Source: Deltaproteobacteria bacterium
GTDB lineage: Bacteria; Desulfobacterota; Desulfobacteria; Desulfobacterales; UBA11574
Reading direction: 5' to 3'
Assembly: GCA_019310125.1 (NCBI GenBank)
Contig: JAFDEW010000001.1
Span: 1 to 41,710, forward strand
Length of the DNA: 41,710 bases
Position 1 is the first letter of the stretch, and each line of letters opens with the position of its first letter. Below the pieces are notes generated by a model. That model made no database searches and was not told where the DNA came from. It saw only the letters and a list, made by a program, of their open reading frames with translations. Made by a program: the position numbers and the translations under genes. Below are positions 33,856 to 41,710 of this stretch, in pieces.

Positions 33856-35271
33856 TCTGTTCAACAGCCTTTCGTGAATATTATCAAACCCGCCGTTGGA
33901 CATGATCAGGATAAGATCACCGGGCCTGGCTTCTGATACTAGAAAATCGATGATCGAATCGGTGTCCGGAAAATAGTGCGCATCCTTGTTGCGGTGTTTG
34001 AGGTCGGCCACCAGTTTTTGGGATGAAAACCTTTCGTCAGGTGGAATCTTGTCAAGGCGCGAGGGATTACGGATACATGTAAGATCTGCATCGTCAAATG
34101 AAAGCGGATAGATGTCCTGAAACACGTTGCGCATGCTGGAATTGGTTCTGGGTTCGAATACGGCAACCACCCGTCCTTGCGGATAAAACGGTTTGACCGC
34201 CCGGAGGGTCTCCCGAACGGCTGTGGGATGATGGGCAAAATCGTCCATCACCGTAACGCCACTTTTTTGACCTCGAACCTCCTGGCGCCGCTTGATGCCT
34301 TCAAACATTTCAAAAGCCCTTGCTATTGCCTTTGCCGGGATCATCAAATTATCCGCAATGGCAATGGCGGACAAAGAATTTAACAGATTGTGTTCTCCCA
34401 CAAGTTTTGTCTTAAAATTTCCAAAAACTGCATTATGCTTTAAAACTTCAAAAAAAGTCCATGGCGGATCAATGGAAACAGCCCCCAGACGCCACAACGC
34501 GTTTGCATTTGTGCCGTATTGTACAACCCGGCACTGACTTTTGCAGATTAAATCGGCAACGTTTTTATCATTGTCATATGCAAGCAGGGTGCTCCGGGGA
34601 GAAATTCCGGAGATAAAGGAATCAAAGGCCCGTCTTACCTGATTGATATCCTTAAATATATCAGCGTGATCAAATTCAACGCCGGTCAGTATTGCCATGA
34701 AAGGATTATAATGCAAAAACTTGGGGCCTTTATCAAAAAAGGCCGTGTCATATTCATCTCCTTCAATGACAATGTAATTCCCTTTTCCAAGCCGATAATT
34801 GCTGTTAAAATTTTTTACGATTCCTCCGATCATAAAGACAGGATCAAGGCCGGCGTGATAAAGAATCCAGGCCAGAATTGAAGATGTGGTGGTTTTGCCG
34901 TGGGTTCCGGTTATTACAAGCTGCTTTTTATCGGCAGCAACGAATCTGTTGACCGCCTGGGGCATGGAACAAAATTCAAGCCCCATTTGATCCATTTTAA
35001 CAACCTCGGGATTATCTTTTGATACGGCATTTCCCACAACAACCAAATCCGGTCCGTATGAAACATTCTTTTCATTAAACCCCTCGGCAATTTGAATGCC
35101 TTTGTTTGAGAGAAACTCGCTCATGGGAGGATACACTTTGTGATCCGAGCCCGTTACGGTGTAGCCTAAATCCTTTAGCATACTGCCAAGGGCACCCATT
35201 CCGGTCCCGCAGATAGCAATCAGGTGTATGCTTTTAACATTTTCGGAAATTTTGTTTTTGTTCAGGTCCAT
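33850..35271 (-). CDS. mpl: UDP-N-acetylmuramate:L-alanyl-gamma-D-glutamyl-meso-diaminopimelate ligase
   Basis: 473 aa: IHLIAICGTGMGALGSMLKDLGYTVTGSDHKVYPPMSEFL, then the P-loop GTHGKTTTSS. Confidence 0.85.
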   Translation of the reverse strand: MDLNKNKISENVKSIHLIAICGTGMGALGSMLKDLGYTVTGSDHKVYPPMSEFLSNKGIQIAEGFNEKNVSYGPDLVVVGNAVSKDNPEVVKMDQMGLEFCSMPQAVNRFVAADKKQLVITGTHGKTTTSSILAWILYHAGLDPVFMIGGIVKNFNSNYRLGKGNYIVIEGDEYDTAFFDKGPKFLHYNPFMAILTGVEFDHADIFKDINQVRRAFDSFISGISPRSTLLAYDNDKNVADLICKSQCRVVQYGTNANALWRLGAVSIDPPWTFFEVLKHNAVFGNFKTKLVGEHNLLNSLSAIAIADNLMIPAKAIARAFEMFEGIKRRQEVRGQKSGVTVMDDFAHHPTAVRETLRAVKPFYPQGRVVAVFEPRTNSSMRNVFQDIYPLSFDDADLTCIRNPSRLDKIPPDERFSSQKLVADLKHRNKDAHYFPDTDSIIDFLVSEARPGDLILIMSNGGFDNIHERLLNRL

Positions 35272-35352
35272 ACCTATTCGCCTGGATTTCTAAATAGTGT
35301 CCATCAAAAAACCTTTATTTTCTAAAAGTTGTAGAATTTCCCAGTCATTTAA

Positions 35353-35561
35353 TACCTGAATTTTGCACGAGCCGGAGGCTTTCATATGCAAGGCATTTAA
35401 GGGTGAAGTCATAGTGAACTATTACGAACCCTTAATAACGAAGCAGATGGAAGCCTCCGGCTTGCCCTTTGGGTAAAACGTATAATTACATGATGTTGTA
35501 TAAACCTGGCTCAAATAAGTAACCTAAAGATTCTCATTAATTTTCATGCAAGATTCAGGTA
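35353..35561 (+). repeat. MITE-like element M3 carrying hairpin E2
   Basis: The arms acctgaattttgca (35354-35367) and tgcaagattcaggt (35547-35560) pair at 13 Watson-Crick positions and 1 T-G position out of 14. The interior is E2 plus a segment homologous to M2. It ends 2 nt from the stop codon of the membrane-protein gene. Confidence 0.6.
35369..35463 (+). repeat. 95-nt structured hairpin element E2
   Basis: Same length and architecture as E1. Stems are gagccggaggct/agcctccggctt, catatgc/gcagatg, ttaaggg/cccttaa and gtcatag/ctattac, closed by a tgaa loop. The internal-loop sequences aaggcat and taacgaa are identical to E1. Confidence 0.7.
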
Positions 35562-35562
35562 A

Positions 35563-36171
35563 TTATTCTCCGGTCACGGGTGGTTTAACGGGAGGCGGAC
35601 CCGGCGGCGTCGCAGGCTTTGCCTTTCCGAGCGTTTCATAGACTGACAGCAGAAAAATGGTTGCCAGAGGCTGGGTAAAAAGAGACCCGATAAATACGGA
35701 GCTTCCAATCGCAGATATTCCTATAAACAGGATAAAAACCACGATGTGGTCCACAATAGACTCTTTTGTAACCATTAAATAACTTTGCTTGACAGCATCA
35801 ATTAATCCCAGATTTCTGTCTGTCATCAGCGGCAGCATGTAGATGCAGCAGAATGAGACCGCAAGCAAAAACAGTACTCCGGGCAGGAAAAGAAGCATCA
35901 GGCCGATCATGGTTATAATGAAGACCACAACACCGAAGCATAAAAGAGGTAAAAAAAGTCTCATTTGTGAAAAAATATCCTGAACCTTGGGCTCGCGTCT
36001 CTCTCTTACCAACAGGAGAATGGAATGCATATAGCCGGCCATTGTTACCGGCGCCAGGATACCCAACGTAATAATGCTTATGGCAATCATGGCAAGGGTC
36101 ATGAATATTAGTGGTGCAATATACTGCAGTGTCATTTTCCAGGCGTTTTCCAGATAATATTTAAAATCCAT
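35563..36171 (-). CDS. Integral membrane protein (multiple TM helices, Pro-rich C-terminus)
   Basis: The start ATG 36171 (MDFKYYLENAW) has GGAGGG 7 nt upstream. It has long hydrophobic stretches and the C-terminus KPATPPGPPPVKPPVTGE. Confidence 0.6.
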   Translation of the reverse strand: MDFKYYLENAWKMTLQYIAPLIFMTLAMIAISIITLGILAPVTMAGYMHSILLLVRERREPKVQDIFSQMRLFLPLLCFGVVVFIITMIGLMLLFLPGVLFLLAVSFCCIYMLPLMTDRNLGLIDAVKQSYLMVTKESIVDHIVVFILFIGISAIGSSVFIGSLFTQPLATIFLLSVYETLGKAKPATPPGPPPVKPPVTGE

Positions 36172-36405
36172 GAATGTTCCCTCCACAAGGTTGTCAATTA
36201 TTATATGATTATGTTAAAAACATATAATCAACAAGACATTCCAAGTCAAGCCCTGTCAGCCTAAAAAGATTTTTCCGGCTTGTTCTTGATAGGAACGGCA
36301 ACTATCCTGCCGAAAATTTTCCACGCAATATTCTATAATTTTGTTTAGGCGGCACAGCTCTTGTCAGGCCAAAGCGGCGCGTGGCTTCGGATGTGAAGAA
36401 GTATT

Positions 36406-36551
36406 TAGTGTCCATCCATAAACGGCATCTTTCGGCCCCCGGCGGCGTTCTCGCTCGTTTTCAATCCTCGAAATAGCACGCTATGCCTGCGGTTGAAAAC
36501 TCGCTTGAGCCTTGCCGGAAACCAAAATCTACCATTTCTGGATGGACACTA
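36406..36551. repeat. Element L: 146-nt imperfect palindrome
   Basis: The outer 13-bp stem tagtgtccatcca (36406-36418) / tggatggacacta (36539-36551) is perfect. The inner pairs are ccggc/gccgg and gttttcaa/ttgaaaac. Confidence 0.6.
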
Positions 36552-36563
36552 TTTAATATTTTC

Positions 36564-36592
36564 TTGACACACTGAAGCCATTTCGACATACT
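36564..36592 (+). promoter_or_regulatory. Candidate sigma70-type promoter (TTGACA-N17-CATACT) upstream of the PHI gene
   Basis: Read directly. It lies 165 nt upstream of the PHI start codon. Confidence 0.35.
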
Positions 36593-36756
36593 CTTACATT
36601 TTAATAGCAAGTTTTTTTTCAATATGTTAACTTTATACTTTCTAACATCTCAATAAGTTATGAGGTCGGGTCCATAGGATCGTTTAATAGACCAGAACTC
36701 ATTGAGAAGTGACTAAACTTTTATAGTACCTGGGAGTTGTCCTGAAACATCATCTG

Positions 36757-37344
36757 ATGTCGACAAGTTATAAAAATGATAAAAAGTTCACCATCCGGGA
36801 AATGATTGAGGCTCTCCTGGAGGAGAACCGGTCCTTGGTGCAACGCCTGAGTGATAAAGCCGTACAAGATTTTATCCGGAGAATATTGGATGCCGGGTCC
36901 ATTTTTTTCTGTGCTCAAGGAAGAGCCGGTTTTATCCTTCGCTGTTTTTGTATGCGCCTGATGCACCTGGGCTTTACGGTGTATTTTTGTGGTGAAACCA
37001 TTACTCCGGCCATTACCCGTGATGATTTGCTTATCGTCCTGAGTGGATCAGGAGAGACGCCGTCGACGTTAGAATCGGTGAAGAGTGCTAAAAAATACCA
37101 CGCCAGAACCTACGGGATTTTGGGAAATATGGAATCCAGAATCGCCTCGCTTGTTGATACAAGCATCCATATTCCCGGAACCACCAAGCTTTGCCGTAAG
37201 GGGGAGCCTCATTCATTACAAATGGCCGGCTCCCTGTTTGAACAATCCGCCTTTCTTTTTTTAGAGGCGATCGTACTGGAAATTTACCAAAAAAGAAAAA
37301 AAAATGTCGGCAGCGTTTCATCACGACATGCCGTCATTGAATAA
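36757..37344 (+). CDS. hxlB: 6-phospho-3-hexuloisomerase (SIS domain)
   Basis: 195 aa with a SIS-domain pattern: IFFCAQGRAGFILRCFCMRLMHLGF...LLIVLSGSGETPSTLE. It lies directly upstream of the HPS gene. Confidence 0.7.
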   Translation: MSTSYKNDKKFTIREMIEALLEENRSLVQRLSDKAVQDFIRRILDAGSIFFCAQGRAGFILRCFCMRLMHLGFTVYFCGETITPAITRDDLLIVLSGSGETPSTLESVKSAKKYHARTYGILGNMESRIASLVDTSIHIPGTTKLCRKGEPHSLQMAGSLFEQSAFLFLEAIVLEIYQKRKKNVGSVSSRHAVIE

Positions 37345-37354
37345 AGGAGGAAAC

Positions 37355-38641
37355 ATGAAACCAGTTCTGCAGTTGGCGTTAGATTTTGTAGATTTGAAAC
37401 GGGCCTTAAAAAACGCCCAGGCCGGCATTGCCGGCGGGGTTGACTGGCTTGAGGCAGGCACGCCGCTCATCAAGAGTGAAGGCCTCCATGCCGTACGGGA
37501 GTTGCGAAGACTTTTTCCTGACAAAACCATTGTGGCGGATATGAAGATCATGGATGCCGGTCGAACTGAGGTTGAAACTGCAGCCAAAGCCGGTGCCAAT
37601 ATCGTGGATGTGCTTGGCGCATCCAGCGATGCGACCATTCGGGAGTGCATCCAGGCAGGCAAGAACTACGGCGCCAAAATAGTCGTCGACATGATAGCGG
37701 TTAAAGATGTGGTGCCAAGAGCCAAATTCGCTGAAGATTTAGGCGCGGACATTGTAACGGTCCATTGTGCCATTGACGAACAAATGGAAGGAAAAGATCC
37801 TTTCGAAATTTTACGACAGGTCAGCCAGGCGTTGACAATTCCGGTGGGAGTAGCCGGGGGCATCAATTCCGAAACCGCCGCCAAAGCCGTGGAGGCCGGC
37901 GCTTCTATAGTCATTGTAGGCGGGGCCATTAGCAAGGCTATGGACCCTGAACAGGCATCCAGAGAAATCCGCAGGGGCATCGATACCGGTGAGAGTATCA
38001 GTACTACCCTTTTTAAGAGAAAAGGAGAAGAGCAAATAAAGGAAATGCTGGAACTGGTATCGTCGGCCAATCTTTCCGATGCCCTGCACCGGGGTGGAGT
38101 TTTGCAAGGAATTCGACCGCTTTTTCCCGGCATCCGAATGGTGGGCCGTGCGGTTACCGTAAGAACGTATCCGGGAGATTGGTCCAAACCGGTCCAGGCC
38201 ATTGATGTAGCCGAACCCGGTGATGTTATCGTCATTGACGCCGGTGGAGCGGGACCGGCCCTCTGGGGAGAACTGGCAACCCATTCGGCCGTGCAAAAGG
38301 GTCTGGCCGGGGTGGTCATTGACGGCGCCCTCAGAGACAGTCCGGAAATAATAGAGATGCAATTTCCGGCTTTCAGCAGACTTGTCATGCCCAATGCTGG
38401 AGAGCCCAAAGGATTCGGAGAAATCGGAGTTCCGATTACGGTGGGTAATATGCACATAGAGCCCGGAGACTGGTTGTTGGGCGACTATGATGGGGTTGTG
38501 GTACTACCGCGCGCCATGGCAGTGGAATATGCCAACCGGAGTATGGATGTGCTTGAAAAGGAAAATCGCATCCGGGAAGAAATCAAAGAAGGGAGCACCC
38601 TGAGCAAGGTGACCGAACTTTTGCGCTGGGACAAAAAATAA
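37355..38641 (+). CDS. hxlA: 3-hexulose-6-phosphate synthase fused to a C-terminal RraA-like (regulator of RNase E / aldolase family) domain
   Basis: The start ATG 37355 has AAGGAGG upstream. The N-terminal half reads MKPVLQLALDF...ADMKIMDAG...VTVH, the OMP-decarboxylase-type HPS pattern. The C-terminal half reads SDALHRGG...GDVIVIDAGG...ALWGELATHSA...GVVIDGALRD, the RraA-family pattern. Confidence 0.75.
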   Translation: MKPVLQLALDFVDLKRALKNAQAGIAGGVDWLEAGTPLIKSEGLHAVRELRRLFPDKTIVADMKIMDAGRTEVETAAKAGANIVDVLGASSDATIRECIQAGKNYGAKIVVDMIAVKDVVPRAKFAEDLGADIVTVHCAIDEQMEGKDPFEILRQVSQALTIPVGVAGGINSETAAKAVEAGASIVIVGGAISKAMDPEQASREIRRGIDTGESISTTLFKRKGEEQIKEMLELVSSANLSDALHRGGVLQGIRPLFPGIRMVGRAVTVRTYPGDWSKPVQAIDVAEPGDVIVIDAGGAGPALWGELATHSAVQKGLAGVVIDGALRDSPEIIEMQFPAFSRLVMPNAGEPKGFGEIGVPITVGNMHIEPGDWLLGDYDGVVVLPRAMAVEYANRSMDVLEKENRIREEIKEGSTLSKVTELLRWDKK

Positions 38642-38644
38642 CGG

Positions 38645-39901
38645 ATGATACAGTTAATCAGGGGATTTAAAGATATCCTTCCCGGGGAAGTAGAACTCTG
38701 GCAATATATCGAAAAAACCGCCCGGTCTCTTTTTGAAGATTTCGGTTTTAAGGAAATTCGTATTCCCATTATGGAGCGTACGGAACTGTTTGCCAGAAGC
38801 ATTGGTGAAAATACCGATATTGTGGAAAAAGAAATGTACACCTTCCCGGATAGAAAAGGGAGTCTCATCACCTTGCGACCGGAGGCAACAGCATCTGTTT
38901 GTCGTTCCTATATCCAGCACAAACTGTATTCAACGGATCCGGTCCAAAGATATTTTACCATCGGTCCCATGTTTCGACGGGAAAGGCCCCAAAAGGGTAG
39001 ATACCGGCAGTTTTACCAGCTCAATGCCGAAATTTTTGGGGTGGATTCTCCGTTGGTTGATGTTGAGCTGATCTTTCTGCTGGTAACCTTATTTTCAAGA
39101 CTGTCTGTTTCCGATGTTGAAGTACATATCAACTCGCTGGGTTGTCCGGAATGCCGCCCAACGTTCAAAGCCGTGCTTACCGATTTTCTGACATCTTCCA
39201 GCGGAAGCCTTTGTTCAGACTGTGTCCGGCGAAAAGACCGGAATCCATTACGGGTGCTCGACTGCAAGGTACCTGCCTGCAGAAAGGCCATGGCGCATGC
39301 ACCGTCTATTCCGGATTATTTATGTCCGGCATGCAGCCAACACTTTGAAACCGTTAAGACAACCCTTAACGCAATGAACGTCCCGTTTACCATCGATAAA
39401 AGGCTGGTCCGGGGCCTTGACTATTATACCCGAACCACTTTCGAAATTCAGACCGGCTCATTAGGCGCCCAGAGTGCTGTGGCAGGCGGCGGCAGATACG
39501 ATGGCCTGGTTAAGGCCCTTGGCGGACCCCATACCCCGGCAACCGGTTTTGCCATCGGTTTTGACCGGTTGGCGGAAATTACAGGACTGAATCGTAATGA
39601 TTTTATCAAAACGCCGGATATTTATTTGGCTGCACTGGGTAAAAAAAGCCTGTCCCTTGCCTTTGAATGGAAATCTGCGCTATGCCTTGAGGGGATTAAA
39701 ACCGAGATGGATTTTGGCGATAAAAGTTTAAAAAGCCAAATGAAACGGGCAGACCGACTGGGGGCAACACATGTTCTGATCATCGGCGATAATGAGATTA
39801 AACAAGGATCGGTTATCTTGCGTAATATGACCACCAAAGAACAGGTAAGTATTCCCATCGAACATGTTGTGGAAAATATAAAAGCGAACTTAAGGAGTTA
39901 A
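38645..39901 (+). CDS. hisS: Histidine--tRNA ligase
   Basis: 418 aa: [13 protein letters not shown]...[11 protein letters not shown]...[16 protein letters not shown]...[10 protein letters not shown]. Confidence 0.9.
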   Translation: MIQLIRGFKDILPGEVELWQYIEKTARSLFEDFGFKEIRIPIMERTELFARSIGENTDIVEKEMYTFPDRKGSLITLRPEATASVCRSYIQHKLYSTDPVQRYFTIGPMFRRERPQKGRYRQFYQLNAEIFGVDSPLVDVELIFLLVTLFSRLSVSDVEVHINSLGCPECRPTFKAVLTDFLTSSSGSLCSDCVRRKDRNPLRVLDCKVPACRKAMAHAPSIPDYLCPACSQHFETVKTTLNAMNVPFTIDKRLVRGLDYYTRTTFEIQTGSLGAQSAVAGGGRYDGLVKALGGPHTPATGFAIGFDRLAEITGLNRNDFIKTPDIYLAALGKKSLSLAFEWKSALCLEGIKTEMDFGDKSLKSQMKRADRLGATHVLIIGDNEIKQGSVILRNMTTKEQVSIPIEHVVENIKANLRS

Positions 39902-39926
39902 TTCATTGTCAGACAAACTTGGAGAT

Positions 39927-41614
39927 ATGAGAAAAACCCATACCTGCTGTGAACTTGGAGCAGATGATGTTGGTACGGAAGTGGTACTCATGGGTTGGGT
40001 CCAGCGCCGAAGGGATCACGGCGGAGTGATTTTCGTGGACCTGCGCGACAGGGAAGGAATTACACAGGTTGTTTTCAACCCCGAAGTCAGCCCCAAGGTC
40101 CATGAAAAAGCCCATGCCATTCGAGGTGAATATGTGTCGATAAAAGACTGCAAGGCATGACCAATCCCAAATTGAAAACCGGTGAGATAGAAGTCTTTGC
40201 CACGGAACTTAAAATATTCAATACAGCCGAAACCCCACCGTTTATGATTGAAGACAATCTGGAGGTTTCGGAAAATATTCGGCTGAAATTCCGTCACATC
40301 GATTTGCGGCGACCCCTTTTGCAAAAAAACATCATCAAAAGGCACGCGGCTTCCGCTTCCATCAGACAATATTTGAACACTCTCGGGTTTATCGATATTG
40401 AAACACCCGTGCTGACCCGCAGCACACCCGAAGGTGCAAGGGACTATCTGGTGCCCAGCCGGGTGAACCCGGGTCTGTTTTATGCCTTGCCCCAGTCCCC
40501 CCAGATCTTCAAACAACTGCTAATGATATCCGGGTTTGACCGGTACTATCAGATTGTAAAATGTTTCAGAGAAAACGATGTGATGGACATTACAGAAAAC
40601 ATGATGGTCACTCTATTCAAGGATGCTCTGGACGTGGACCTTAACATCCCATTCCAGCGTCTTTCCTACGATGATGCGGTTGGCCGTTTTGGGCTGGACA
40701 AACCCGATATTCGGTTTGCACTGGAACTTGTGGAAATTTCGGACATTGTGCAGGACACGGGTTTCAAGCTCTTTTCTAATGTGGTTAAAAAGGGGGGAAT
40801 CGTCAAGGCGCTGAATGCCAAAGGATGCATTAATTTTACACGCAAAGAGATAGACGATTTGACCGAATTTGTTTCCATTTACAGGGCTAAAGGCCTGGCA
40901 TGGATCAAGGTGCGTGAAGATTCCTGGCAATCGCCGATCGCGAAATTCTTTACCGACGATGAAAAACAGGCGCTTGCAGAGCGTATTGATATGCAGCCCG
41001 GCGATTTGGTGTTTTTTGTGGCCGATCAGCCCAAGATTACCAACGAGGCCTTAGGACATCTTCGAAACTTTTTGGGGAAGAAACTGGGCATGGTAGATGA
41101 AGACACATTCAGTTTTGTCTGGATTACCCGGTTCCCATTGCTGGAATTTGACGAAAACGAAAAACGGAACCAGGCGTTGCACCATCCTTTTACGGCGCCT
41201 CTGGACGAGGATTATGACCTGCTGGAGAAAGACCCGCTTTCCGTCAGATCCAAGGCGTATGACCTGGTGTTAAACGGTTCGGAGATCGGCGGAGGGAGCA
41301 TTCGTATTCATGAAAGAAAATTGCAGGAAAGGGTGTTTACAGCACTGGGAATGGATCGGGAAACCTATGAGGAAAAATTCGGATTTCTGCTTTCGGCTTT
41401 AGACTCCGGAGCCCCGCCCCACGGAGGGATCGCCATCGGTTTTGACCGACTGGTAATGATTTTGTGCGCACAGCCTTCCATCCGGGACGTCATTGCCTTC
41501 CCAAAAACTCAGAAAGCGGCATGCCTGCTGACCAATGCCCCCGCTCAAGCAGACAAAGTCCAGCTGGAAGAACTTAATTTAAGAACAAAAAAGCTCAAAT
41601 CTGGTAGGAGGTAG
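39927..41614 (+). pseudogene. aspS: Aspartate--tRNA ligase with a frameshift in the anticodon-binding domain and an in-frame loss of the motif-2 loop
   Basis: ORFs 39906..40160 and 40157..41614 are consecutive AspRS parts in different frames. The first is [11 protein letters not shown]...[13 protein letters not shown]-stop; the second is ...[13 protein letters not shown].... Later, YYQIVKCFR is followed directly by [12 protein letters not shown], so the expected DEDLRADRQPEFTQ.D.E.SF segment is missing. Downstream motifs ([20 protein letters not shown]) are intact. Confidence 0.7.
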
Positions 41615-41710
41615 CCGAATAGGCTACCCCCTCCCTACAGAACGGCTCGTACCGGCCAGGTAAGCCGCTCCTCGATTAGCGACTGAATGTTAATTCAAGA
41701 GATTGTTGCT

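Noticed and set aside
36406-36418. Shared TGTCCAT heptamer between palindrome L and the terminal box of motif copies A and D
   Set aside because: A 7-mer is expected several times by chance in 42 kb on two strands, and the flanking positions do not match.
37666-38457. 263-aa and 214-aa minus-strand ORFs (37666..38457 and 37811..38455) opposite the HPS-RraA gene
   Set aside because: They lie entirely antisense to a gene with clear family motifs. Their Ala/Ser/Pro/Thr-rich, low-complexity translation is typical of shadow ORFs in a GC-richer coding stretch. They have no SD.
41604-41638. Hairpin overlapping the aspS stop codon as an intrinsic terminator
   Set aside because: It is a 12-bp interrupted stem (gtagg..ggtagcc / ggctacc..cctac) but no U-run follows. 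It may be another palindromic element, and the window ends too soon to judge.

Overview
The window looks like a chromosomal segment from a sulfate-reducing deltaproteobacterium (Desulfobacterales-like). That assignment is an inference from gene content and roughly 45% GC. Most genes are on the minus strand.

Gene order, left to right:
- a cfa-type methyltransferase, cut by the left edge
- a NarL-type response regulator with a damaged PAS sensor kinase (pair 1)
- a DUF72 remnant
- a glycogen cluster: glgB (disrupted), glgA, glgP and a 1434-aa eukaryote-style debranching enzyme
- an atypical receiver plus three small ORFs, two of them Cys-rich
- a second, intact PAS-kinase/NarL pair, with a dodecin gene upstream
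- an hdrCBA-flxDCBA electron-bifurcation-type cluster, preceded by a GAF-only protein and facing a divergent HdrD/GlcF-like gene
- a GNAT acetyltransferase, an IMPase/CysQ-family protein, mpl and a membrane protein
- PHI and an HPS-RraA fusion
- hisS and aspS (disrupted)

I found no rRNA, tRNA, CRISPR array, transposase or recognisable defence genes.

The unusual content is mostly non-coding or lesion-type:
1. A 62-63 nt composite motif occurs four times in one orientation and brackets both paralogous two-component pairs.
2. There are several families of long intergenic hairpins. One is a 95-nt hairpin present twice with seven fully compensated base-pair changes, carried inside a MITE-like scaffold.
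3. A 29-bp perfect inverted repeat flanks mpl.
4. Four genes carry disrupting indels: a 13-bp tandem duplication in glgB, and deletions in the kinase, DUF72 and aspS.

All functional calls come from motif recognition by eye. No database search was run.
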